Positions 19,626-28,592 of a stretch of 64,000 bases of DNA are shown one piece after another (position 1 is the first letter of the stretch; each line of letters opens with the position of its first letter). Under the pieces are notes generated by a model. That model had not been told where the DNA came from and made no database searches. It saw only the letters and a list, made by a program, of their open reading frames with translations. The DNA comes from Promethearchaeia archaeon (GTDB taxonomy: Archaea > Asgardarchaeota > Lokiarchaeia > Sigyniarchaeales > SOKP01): contig JAHQWK010000020.1 in assembly GCA_029856145.1 (NCBI GenBank), forward strand, positions 1-64,000. The letters are read 5' to 3'. The position numbers and the translations under genes are program-made.

Positions 19626-19982
19626 TTACATATTATCAACAATTTCTCTAAGAACTTGTTCTCCAGCAGCACCCACCATGATACCGTTTCGAACAAGTAA
19701 TTGACCTTGAACCTCTATTGGATGATTTAAAAGTTCACCATTGTTGAAAAATACAAGCGTAGGTATAGCTGTAATACCAAATTTTTCACCAAGAGGTCTG
19801 TTTTGATCAAGATCTTCTTTCAATAATTTAATTAATCCTTCCTCTTTTAATTTTTCCAGTAGAGGGCTTAAAAATCGGCAGGGTCCACACCACGTTGTAT
19901 ATATATCTAAGATAACCTTTCCTTGTTTCATATCTTCTGTGATATCAAGTCCAAATTTTTTTAATTCTTCAATATTCGTCAT
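19626..19982 (-). CDS. trxA: Thioredoxin
   Basis: WCGPC active site; AIPTLVFF cis-Pro motif. Confidence 0.92.
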   Translation of the reverse strand: MTNIEELKKFGLDITEDMKQGKVILDIYTTWCGPCRFLSPLLEKLKEEGLIKLLKEDLDQNRPLGEKFGITAIPTLVFFNNGELLNHPIEVQGQLLVRNGIMVGAAGEQVLREIVDNM

Positions 19983-20223
19983 ATCATCTCAGTTTTTAAA
20001 TTATTTGCTTTATAGTATGTTTTTAAATATTATTATAGGAATAAATATTTAATTGCTTTTATTAATTTCATTTGCGATTCAAAATCAATTTCTTTTAAAG
20101 CCCGACAGAATAAAAATAGATTAATAAGTGAAATTCTAATTTAAAAATATAATTTTAAAAGAAATAATTTTAAAATTAACAATAAGTTATACTACATAAT
20201 ATCAAGATAAAACGTAATTTCAA

Positions 20224-20727
20224 ATGGCAACTATAGATTTTGATTTCAGAAACCAAATTCTTAGTAATGATATTGGTACTACATTAGCATATTGTTACCA
20301 ATGTGCAACGTGTAGTGGTGCGTGTCCTGTAGCACAGGTTACAGAAGGTAGATATAACCCAAGACGCTTAATTTTAGATGCTTTATTAGGGTTAAAAGAG
20401 AAAATATTTGGACCAAACAATGTGTTTAATATTTGGGGTTGTACCGTGTGTGATACATGTGATGAAGTTTGTCCTCAGAAAGTTGAATTAACAGAAATTT
20501 TCGTAATTCTTAAAAACATGAGCGTGGAGCGTGGTGAAGCACCAAATTATTACACTGGTCAAGCATCAACAGTTTTGGAACATGGTAAAGCAATTCCTAT
20601 GCAACCAGCTATAGAAAGGCGACGTACGCAATTAGGATTACCAGCTATAATGGCTCCTGACGTTAATGAAGTAAAGAAATTGTTAGAAGCCACAAAGTTA
20701 CATGAGAAACTTCCTAAAACAGAATAA
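20224..20727 (+). CDS. hdrC: Heterodisulfide reductase subunit C-like 2[4Fe-4S] protein
   Basis: CYQCATCSGACP...NPRR and WGCTVCDTCDEVCP motifs; C-terminal RRTQLGLP. Confidence 0.88.
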   Translation: MATIDFDFRNQILSNDIGTTLAYCYQCATCSGACPVAQVTEGRYNPRRLILDALLGLKEKIFGPNNVFNIWGCTVCDTCDEVCPQKVELTEIFVILKNMSVERGEAPNYYTGQASTVLEHGKAIPMQPAIERRRTQLGLPAIMAPDVNEVKKLLEATKLHEKLPKTE

Positions 20728-20857
20728 TTTCTTCTTATTTCTTTTTAAGATAAATTTTTTTGAATTTTCGTTAGAAATTTATAGATTTATTACATAATTG
20801 AATTATAGCGAGAATTTAATGAATTCAAAATTTAATAAATATCTAAGGTAAAACAAG

Positions 20858-21628
20858 TTGAGAAAACCTATAATAGGGGGGAATTGGAAAATGAATCGAG
20901 GAACCCCAAAAGAATCAAAAAAAATGTTAGAGAGTTTAATTCTGCTAGTAAAGGGAATTAAATCTGTGGATATAGTAATTTGCGCTCCTTTTACTGTCCT
21001 AACGACTATATATGAGATTTTAAAGAATACAAATATCAAAATAGGAGCACAAAATATGCATTTTGAAGAGAAGGGAGCATATACTGGCGAAATTTCACCT
21101 ACTTTTTTAAAAGATATTGGAGTTGAATATGTTATTCTTGGTCATAGTGAAAGAAGAGATATTTTTAATGAATCTGATGCTTTGATTAATAAGAAGCTCA
21201 AAAAAGCTTTATCTATGGATTTAAAACCTATCGTTTGCATCGGCGAGCATCTAGAAGAAAAAGAAGCAGGAAAAACAAATGATATTATTAAATATCAAAT
21301 CAACGAAACATTTAAAAATCTCACAAAAGAGGAGATTTTAAAGACTGTAATAGCATATGAACCAATCTGGGCAATCGGAACAGGAAAAACTGCTACTCCA
21401 GAGCAAGCAGAAGAAATTCATATTTTTATAAGGGAACTTTTAATTCGAAAATTCGATAAGGAGACTGCTAATTCTATAAGAATACAATATGGGGGATCTA
21501 TTAAACCAGATAATGCTGAAGATTTGTTTAATAAAAGAAATATTGATGGTGGGTTAGTTGGAGGTGCTTCTCTTGAATCAGATTCTTTATTTCAAATAAT
21601 TAAAGCTGCGGACAAAACATATAAATAA
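20858..21628 (+). CDS. tpiA: Triosephosphate isomerase (long bacterial/eukaryotic type)
   Basis: GNWKMN, GHSERR, AYEPIWAIGTG, YGGS and LVGGASL motifs; 256 aa. Confidence 0.97.
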   Translation: MRKPIIGGNWKMNRGTPKESKKMLESLILLVKGIKSVDIVICAPFTVLTTIYEILKNTNIKIGAQNMHFEEKGAYTGEISPTFLKDIGVEYVILGHSERRDIFNESDALINKKLKKALSMDLKPIVCIGEHLEEKEAGKTNDIIKYQINETFKNLTKEEILKTVIAYEPIWAIGTGKTATPEQAEEIHIFIRELLIRKFDKETANSIRIQYGGSIKPDNAEDLFNKRNIDGGLVGGASLESDSLFQIIKAADKTYK

Positions 21629-21715
21629 ATATACTTTTAAATTTAATAATTATTTATCTTCTGTTCTTAAATCAATTATTGAAATTCTTTTTTTTATTTT
21701 TTTAACAAGAAGGTT

Positions 21716-22600
21716 TTAACCAAGAACTTTGTTAAAAACAGAGGTAAGTTTTCCTGGGAACTCACCAAAATAACTCTGAGGATCTGCAAAAAGTAAATAG
21801 AAGTAAGGTTCAAACAAAATATTCTCAACTGTAGTGCCAATATCTGATTTTATGATACAAACTTGAATTGATTCATCAGAAAAAAAAGATTGTCTATAAA
21901 TCCAATCCAATGGAGCAATTTCAGGTATATATCCAATATGTCTTAGAATATCATATACACTTTCCAATGAATACTTCTTCCCGTAGGTAACAATTGGAGA
22001 AAGATCAAATGAGGTTATACATATTCCCCATAGACCATAATCTCTCATTTCACTCAAGAAATCAGTTGCTAAGCGTTTGATTTCGTTTCGATGTTTTGAT
22101 ATCTTTTGTCTCGCTTTTGAATCTGTTAAGATCTCTCTAATTTTTTTTTCTTCATTTTCATAGATATGATCAGCAGAATCAAGAGGAATTTTAGAATTTA
22201 TATAATTGTTATAGATGAGTTTAACCTTTTCTCGGACCGATTTGTGTAATAAAAAGGTTTCTGTTTGTGCTGTAATTAAGACATCTCCATGATATTTGAA
22301 CTTTTTTTCATCGATTTTATTTGGATCTTTATCTTCTTTAGACTTAAATTCAAGTACTTCTATTTTTTTATTTATATTTCTAGCAAATTCAAATAAAGCA
22401 GAAATTAAACCGGCAGTTAAATCAAATTTTGAAGTAATATCTAATTGATCTTGAATTATAGATTTATCTTTAGAAAAGTCAAAAAATCTTAGAAAGATTT
22501 TTACTCCTTCTGGAACAGGGTTAATTAATGAATTAAAATAAGGAAATCCGGTAGTAGAGATAATACTGAGTTCGTATATCGTCATATATTTTAAAAACAA
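21716..22600 (-). CDS. Hypothetical protein, possibly longin/roadblock-like tandem domains; likely start ATG 22585
   Basis: N-terminal IYELSIISTTGFPYF...LTAGLISALFEFA resembles longin beta1-beta2/alpha1. The C-terminal GLWGICITSFDLSPI resembles the start of a roadblock/profilin-like fold. Confidence 0.55.
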   Translation of the reverse strand: MFLKYMTIYELSIISTTGFPYFNSLINPVPEGVKIFLRFFDFSKDKSIIQDQLDITSKFDLTAGLISALFEFARNINKKIEVLEFKSKEDKDPNKIDEKKFKYHGDVLITAQTETFLLHKSVREKVKLIYNNYINSKIPLDSADHIYENEEKKIREILTDSKARQKISKHRNEIKRLATDFLSEMRDYGLWGICITSFDLSPIVTYGKKYSLESVYDILRHIGYIPEIAPLDWIYRQSFFSDESIQVCIIKSDIGTTVENILFEPYFYLLFADPQSYFGEFPGKLTSVFNKVLG

Positions 22601-22748
22601 TATTCTTATAATTTGAATTAATTTACTGCTTTTTTACCAAATTTTAATATAATTAAATTTATAATAATTTATTTAATTTTGAGTTGATAAAATAGTGATG
22701 AAATTTAGTCTATTAAATAATTAGATTTGAGTATATCAATAATTAATT

Positions 22749-25538
22749 TTAAAAAATTACAATCGCTGGTTTACTAGGGAGGGCTTGAGTTGCTTTTTGT
22801 TCATTTGAGTCTTTTTCAAGTTTGATTTCTACTTCCGAGTGGAATTTTTTCTCAATTACAGGTTTTATTTCATTAAAAAAATGAAATTCATCTTTTGAAG
22901 ATAGTGTAAATTTTGGATATTTTCCTACATTTTTCAGTATTTTACCAACATTTTGACTGATCATTTTCCCGTGAATTTTTAATTCACTATCCTCCATTAA
23001 AATGCTCATAATTTCTCCTTGATTCTTAGTTTCTTCTAATAAAGACATGAATTTATTGTAAAACTTTAATTTCCACTTATCTGCTATAATGATAGAGATC
23101 TTTTCTAAAGATTCTTTTTTCATTGCAATCTTAATTTTGTTGATATCATCTAAGATATTATTCATCAGCTTCCATTTATAATCAGATTCCTGTGTAAGTA
23201 ATTCTTTTTGGTAAGAAGGCCATGAAGTTAAGCTTACATAACCCTTTCTCCCAATCATTTCCCAAACTTCTTCTGTTATGTGAGGTGCGATCGGGTGGAG
23301 TAATAATATTAATTTTTCCCTACAATCTTCGAAAATCTGTTTAATAATCCCTTCATTTTTGTATTTTCCGAATTCTGACGTAAATTGTATCAAATTATTA
23401 ATAGCATTTCGAATTGCGAGTTTCTTCATGTTTTCTGTGAATTCTTTAATAATTTTATTTAAATAGTATTGGATTAATGTATCTCTTATTGTTAGGTTCT
23501 CACGTATATTATTAGGAGGTTCAGTTACCAATGTAAATATATTTCTAATAAATTTATTAGCATAATCAACACCCTCTTCAGACCATTCTAATCCCGATGA
23601 AGGGCTTGCTCCAAATAATATGAAAAATCTCGCTGCATCTGCTCCATATTTCTCAATTATTTCTCCAGGATTTACTGTATTTCCATAACTCTTGCTCATC
23701 TTTACTGACTTTTTAATAAGATCTATACTTCCACATTTTCTACATCTCATTTGATCTAAATCAGCTTTCATAAGGAAGGTATTGCAGTTAATACAGAATG
23801 GATGAGCTTTATTAATCATTCCTTGGGTTAGTAATGATTGAAAAGGCTCATCAAATTTGTGAAGCCCTAGATCTCGAGCTACTTTTGTAAAAAATCTAGC
23901 ATAAATTAAGTGCATAACCGCATGTTCTATACCTCCAATATACTGGTCAACATTACCCCAATAATTTACTTTAGCTTTGGTATAAGGTATATTTGATTTT
24001 ACAGATGGAGGATCACAATAGGCAAAGAAATACCAGGAACTATCTATAAAAGTATCCATTGTATCTGTTTCTCGCTTTGCGTTATTACCACATTTAGGAC
24101 ATTGAGTGTTAACAAAACTTTCGCTTGATTCTAATGGATTACCAGTCCCAGTAAATTTAACATCTTTTGGTAAATAAACAGGTAAGTCTTCATATGGTAC
24201 CGGGAGCATACCACATTCCTCACAATATAGTATTGGAATTGGGCAGCCCCAATAACGTTGACGTGAAATTCCCCAATCTCTTAACTTATAATTTATAGTA
24301 GCATATCCCATATCAAGTTCTTCTAATTTTTCAGTTATTTCATTAGTAGCAAATAAATTCTCCAAACCATTGAATTCTTCTGAGTTTACAAGAACACCAT
24401 CACTCTCATAGGCTCGAGTCATTTTAGCTACATTTAATTCATAGTCATGTGGTTGAATTACTATTTTAATGGGAATATCATATTCTTTAGCGAATTCAAA
24501 ATCTCTCTGGTCATGCGCAGGTACTGCCATAACAGCTCCCGCTCCGTATTCATAAATAACGAAATTACCTATGTATATAGGTATTTCCTCATTGTTAACT
24601 GGATTTATAGCTTTTTTGCCAATGTCCATACCTTTTTTATCGATTTCAATATTGGTTCTTTCAAACTTATCTTGATGCATTACTTCATCATATAATATAT
24701 TGAAATCATGCTCGTATTCAGTGCCATCCACCCATTTATGAACCAAAGGATGCTCAGGAGCGAAAACCATAAATGTTACACCATAAAGTGTATCAGGTCT
24801 TGTTGTAAATATATCTATTGTTCTATCTTCTCCTTTAATTGGAAATTTTATAATTGTACCCTCCGATTTTCCAATCCAATTTCGTTGCATTACCTTAACT
24901 TTATCAGGCCAATCAACGAGATTTAACCCCTCGAGCAGCTCTTTGGCGTAATCTCTTATCTTAAGGAACCATTGTGTTAAAAACTTTTGATCAACTTTGG
25001 AGTTGCATCTCCAGCATTTTCCTCCTTGAGCTTGTTCGTTTGCTAGAACTGTTGAGCATTTAGGGCACCAATTAACGTAACTTTCTTGTTTATATGCTAA
25101 TCCCTTTTCTAGCATCTGCAAGAAAAACCATTGATCCCATTTATAAAAGTTAGGATTATGACTATATATTTCTCTTGTCCAATCATATGAAAGTCCAATC
25201 CTTTTTTGTTGAATTTTCATTGTATTTATATTTTTGTTAGTCCATTCTTCTGGATTAGCACCATGATCTATTGCTGCATTTTCTGCGGGCATTCCAAACG
25301 AATCATAACCCATGGGGTAAAGTATATTGAAACCATTCATCCTCTTAAATCTGGCATAACAATCTCCGATAGTGTAATTCCTAAGGTGTCCCATATGGAG
25401 TTTACCAGAAGGATAAGGATACATCTCCAACACATAATATTTTTTCTTCTTTCGATCTACTTCGACTTCAAAAATTTTGTCTTTTTCCCATTTTTGTTGC
25501 CATTTCTTTTCTATCTTCTGTGGGTCATAATCAACCAT
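22749..25538 (-). CDS. leuS: Leucyl-tRNA synthetase (bacterial-type core, archaeal-type C-terminus)
   Basis: LEMYPYPSGKLHMGH, FTTRPDT editing domain, GAVMAVPAHDQRD, SRQRYWG, GGIEHA and KMSKS. Confidence 0.97.
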   Translation of the reverse strand: MVDYDPQKIEKKWQQKWEKDKIFEVEVDRKKKKYYVLEMYPYPSGKLHMGHLRNYTIGDCYARFKRMNGFNILYPMGYDSFGMPAENAAIDHGANPEEWTNKNINTMKIQQKRIGLSYDWTREIYSHNPNFYKWDQWFFLQMLEKGLAYKQESYVNWCPKCSTVLANEQAQGGKCWRCNSKVDQKFLTQWFLKIRDYAKELLEGLNLVDWPDKVKVMQRNWIGKSEGTIIKFPIKGEDRTIDIFTTRPDTLYGVTFMVFAPEHPLVHKWVDGTEYEHDFNILYDEVMHQDKFERTNIEIDKKGMDIGKKAINPVNNEEIPIYIGNFVIYEYGAGAVMAVPAHDQRDFEFAKEYDIPIKIVIQPHDYELNVAKMTRAYESDGVLVNSEEFNGLENLFATNEITEKLEELDMGYATINYKLRDWGISRQRYWGCPIPILYCEECGMLPVPYEDLPVYLPKDVKFTGTGNPLESSESFVNTQCPKCGNNAKRETDTMDTFIDSSWYFFAYCDPPSVKSNIPYTKAKVNYWGNVDQYIGGIEHAVMHLIYARFFTKVARDLGLHKFDEPFQSLLTQGMINKAHPFCINCNTFLMKADLDQMRCRKCGSIDLIKKSVKMSKSYGNTVNPGEIIEKYGADAARFFILFGASPSSGLEWSEEGVDYANKFIRNIFTLVTEPPNNIRENLTIRDTLIQYYLNKIIKEFTENMKKLAIRNAINNLIQFTSEFGKYKNEGIIKQIFEDCREKLILLLHPIAPHITEEVWEMIGRKGYVSLTSWPSYQKELLTQESDYKWKLMNNILDDINKIKIAMKKESLEKISIIIADKWKLKFYNKFMSLLEETKNQGEIMSILMEDSELKIHGKMISQNVGKILKNVGKYPKFTLSSKDEFHFFNEIKPVIEKKFHSEVEIKLEKDSNEQKATQALPSKPAIVIF

Positions 25539-25735
25539 AAAATTATAACACTTTTCTAAAATTAGGGAATATACTTAATATTTAATATTTTAATAATTGA
25601 TTTAATAAATTTTTTACGTAGTTACTTAAAAATGGTAAATCTTGATATTTCTTAAAATAGCAATAATTAAAATGACTATAAAATTTATAAACGGAAGCAA
25701 TAAAACTTAATTTTATCAATTTACTAGTAAGATTA

Positions 25736-26737
25736 GTGACAATCGAAAAAATAAGATTATCTGTTGGAAGCGCTTCTGTTTTAGACTTAGGAGCATTACC
25801 CCAATTTAAAAATCCCTCAACTACATGTTATGTTATGACATTCACGGAGGGGCATTGTATTGCGAATTGTGGTTTTTGTCCTCAAGCTCGATCATCAAGA
25901 AGCTCTATAGAAAAACTTTCTAGAGTTACTTGGCCAATATTTTTCTTTAAGGATTTTCTGACAAAACTAAAATATATGCCATTTTCAAAAAAATTTAAAC
26001 GAATTTGCATTCAAACACTAAATTATCCAGAAAATTTTGATGATTTAATAGAGATTATAACTCAGATTAGAATACATACTAATATTCCAATATCTGTTGC
26101 CATTCCTCCTTTCTTAAAAGAACAATTGAAGGAACTAAAAATTAAAGGGGTTGAAAGAGTAGGAATTGCATTAGATGGTGCCACATCTGAAGTTTTTGAA
26201 AAAATTAAGGGCAGTAAAATCGGAGGCCCTTACACATGGGAAGAACATTTTCAGAAGTTGAATGAAGCTTTAGAAATTTTTTCTCCTGGATTTGTTAGTA
26301 CGCATATAATAATCGGTTTAGAAGAAACAGAAAAACAGGTCATTGAGCTTATCGAAGAATTATATAACCTTGGGATTATTGTCTCAATGTTTGCATTTAC
26401 ACCAATAAAAGGCACAAAATTTGAAAATATACCGCAACCTGCAATTTTAAGTTTTAGAAAACTACAGTTAGGAAGATTTCTTATCTTTAATAATAAGAGA
26501 AAGTTAAAAGACTTTACATTTAATACGAGGGGACAAATAATAAATATCAATATTAGTAAAAAAGATCTAAATATGATTATCAATGATACAAATGCTTTTT
26601 TGACTTCTGGATGTCCTGGATGTAACCGTCCTTATTATACATCTAAACCATCGGGTCCTATTTACAACTATCCAAGAACATTAACAGAAAAGGAAAAAAT
26701 GGAAATTTTTGAATTAATACATACCTTTATAAATTAA
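25736..26737 (+). CDS. lipS2: Radical SAM lipoyl synthase subunit LipS2-like
   Basis: CIANCGFC (CX3CX2C) plus TSGCPGCNRP, matching the TxGCPxC(N/D)RP signature; adjacent to a lipoate ligase. Confidence 0.82.
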   Translation: MTIEKIRLSVGSASVLDLGALPQFKNPSTTCYVMTFTEGHCIANCGFCPQARSSRSSIEKLSRVTWPIFFFKDFLTKLKYMPFSKKFKRICIQTLNYPENFDDLIEIITQIRIHTNIPISVAIPPFLKEQLKELKIKGVERVGIALDGATSEVFEKIKGSKIGGPYTWEEHFQKLNEALEIFSPGFVSTHIIIGLEETEKQVIELIEELYNLGIIVSMFAFTPIKGTKFENIPQPAILSFRKLQLGRFLIFNNKRKLKDFTFNTRGQIININISKKDLNMIINDTNAFLTSGCPGCNRPYYTSKPSGPIYNYPRTLTEKEKMEIFELIHTFIN

Positions 26738-26752
26738 AACTTAGTAGAAAAA

Positions 26753-27532
26753 ATGAATGTGTGGAGATTTTTACCTCTAGAGGTTAAAAATGGTTTTTGG
26801 AATATGGCTTTAGATGAATCAATTTTAAAAATGGCAATAGAAAAAAAATCTCCAAACACGTTAAGATTTTATAAATGGAAACCCTCCACAGCTAGTATAG
26901 GAAGAAATCAGAGTTTATCGAATGAGATTAATGTTCCATTCACAAAAGAAAAAGGATTCAAAATTGTAAGACGTATCACTGGAGGTGGTGCTGTTTTTCA
27001 CGATGAATATAGAGAAATTACATATTCAATTGTGTGTCCTATAAAATTTCTTGAGAATTTAGATGCTAATAAGGTAATAGAACAATTTGAGATTATTACC
27101 CAGGGAATAATTATGGGATTAACTATTTTTGGATTAAAAACAGAAAAAGATATTATTCATTGCCCTGCTATCTTACTAGATGGAAAAAAATTCTCTGGGA
27201 ATGCACAAGTTAGAAAGAAGGGATATCTTCTTCAACATGGTACCATTTTATTAGATCTTGATCCTGAATTAATGTATTCTGTATTGAAAGCTCCTGAAAA
27301 TGTAGGAAAATCAAGGATGGTGAGGTCTGTTCGTGCTAAGTGCATAGGTATTAAAAATTATTGTTTGAATTTTCAAGAAGGTAAGTTAATTGTTTCATTG
27401 AAAAAGGGATTTGAAAATGCATTAGGGATTAAATTAGAAGATGGAATTATTTCTGAAAATGAGAAAGAGTTAGCAGAGCAATTAGCAAAAGAGAAATATT
27501 CAAATTTGAGTTGGTTAAAGAAATATGAATAG
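26753..27532 (+). CDS. lplA: Lipoate/octanoate-protein ligase catalytic domain (LplA-N/LipM-like)
   Basis: NMALDE, VRRITGGGAVFHD, KKFSGNAQ and LQHGT motifs. Confidence 0.9.
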   Translation: MNVWRFLPLEVKNGFWNMALDESILKMAIEKKSPNTLRFYKWKPSTASIGRNQSLSNEINVPFTKEKGFKIVRRITGGGAVFHDEYREITYSIVCPIKFLENLDANKVIEQFEIITQGIIMGLTIFGLKTEKDIIHCPAILLDGKKFSGNAQVRKKGYLLQHGTILLDLDPELMYSVLKAPENVGKSRMVRSVRAKCIGIKNYCLNFQEGKLIVSLKKGFENALGIKLEDGIISENEKELAEQLAKEKYSNLSWLKKYE

Positions 27533-28580
27533 TACTCAATTATTAATAGAGAAATTAAAAACAGATTCAATATCATGGGAAGATTTTTCAACATTTTTAG
27601 AACTTAAATCTGAAGATTTGGATGAACTTTTTACTCTAACTCAAGAGATTACCTGCAGAAATTTTAGCAACGTTTTAAAAATTTATATTCCTACCATGAG
27701 ATTTCCTGCGATCAGTATTACGGGAAGTGAATGTGCCTTAGAATGTGAACATTGTAATAAGAAGTATTTGAAAGGGATGAAACAAATACTAACCAATAAA
27801 GAGCTAGAACAATTTTTGATGAAACTTTCTAAAAAAAGGGGAGTAGGAGCTTTAATATCAGGAGGGAGCATGATTGATGGTTCAGTACCGTTATTAAAAT
27901 TTTTAGACACTATTAAAAAAGTGAAGATCGAGACAAATTTAATTATAAATACCCATACGGGATTATTAAATGAAGAAACGGCAAAGAAACTTACTGATGC
28001 AAATGTTGATATAGTATCGTTTGATATAAATATGGATGAAGAAGTCGTACGGAATATTTATCATTTGGATATTGAATTAAGTGAATATAAAAGAGCAATA
28101 GATCTATTAAAAAAATACCAATTAAATATTGTACCTCATATATGTATTGGTTTACATTATGGAAAACTCAATAAAGAATTAATGTCGATTAAATTTATTA
28201 AAGAAACTAAAATTGATCCCTCTCTAATAGTAATTATTGTGTTAATTCCTCCTAAAGATTCTAAGATCAAATTTGAGTTACCAAAACCAGAAGATATTGC
28301 GAAAGTTATAGCAGTCATAAGAGTTGCTTTTCCTAAGACAGAGATATCATTAGGATGCATGAGACCTCGAGGAAAAATTAAGACTGAAATTGAAAAAGCT
28401 GCTATTAAGGCCGGTATAACAAGAATTGAAATTCCATCTAAAGAAACTTTAACGTGGCTAAAAAACTATAATCCTAAAATCCAATTTAAATTTTTTTCTG
28501 CTTGTTGTGCAATTCCTAATAAATTTGAAGAGTTAGCTGAAAGTAAAAAATCAGATATTAAAAGATACAGTAATATCTAA
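27525..28580 (+). CDS. lipS1: Radical SAM lipoyl synthase subunit LipS1-like
   Basis: CALECEHC, LISGG, LGCMRP (GC(M/A)R) and C-terminal CC motifs. Confidence 0.82.
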   Translation: MNSTQLLIEKLKTDSISWEDFSTFLELKSEDLDELFTLTQEITCRNFSNVLKIYIPTMRFPAISITGSECALECEHCNKKYLKGMKQILTNKELEQFLMKLSKKRGVGALISGGSMIDGSVPLLKFLDTIKKVKIETNLIINTHTGLLNEETAKKLTDANVDIVSFDINMDEEVVRNIYHLDIELSEYKRAIDLLKKYQLNIVPHICIGLHYGKLNKELMSIKFIKETKIDPSLIVIIVLIPPKDSKIKFELPKPEDIAKVIAVIRVAFPKTEISLGCMRPRGKIKTEIEKAAIKAGITRIEIPSKETLTWLKNYNPKIQFKFFSACCAIPNKFEELAESKKSDIKRYSNI

Positions 28581-28592
28581 AATTGATTTATC

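Noticed and set aside
20224-20727. Selenocysteine recoding in hdrC or other redox genes
   Set aside because: All Cys motifs are complete, and no in-frame TGA interrupts a recognisable domain in the window
20224-28580. Sulfur-oxidising sHdr-LbpA system (hdrC near lipS1/lipS2/lpl)
   Set aside because: No sHdrA/B, LbpA, TusA or DsrE genes, and hdrC is separated from the lip genes by tpiA, a hypothetical gene and leuS
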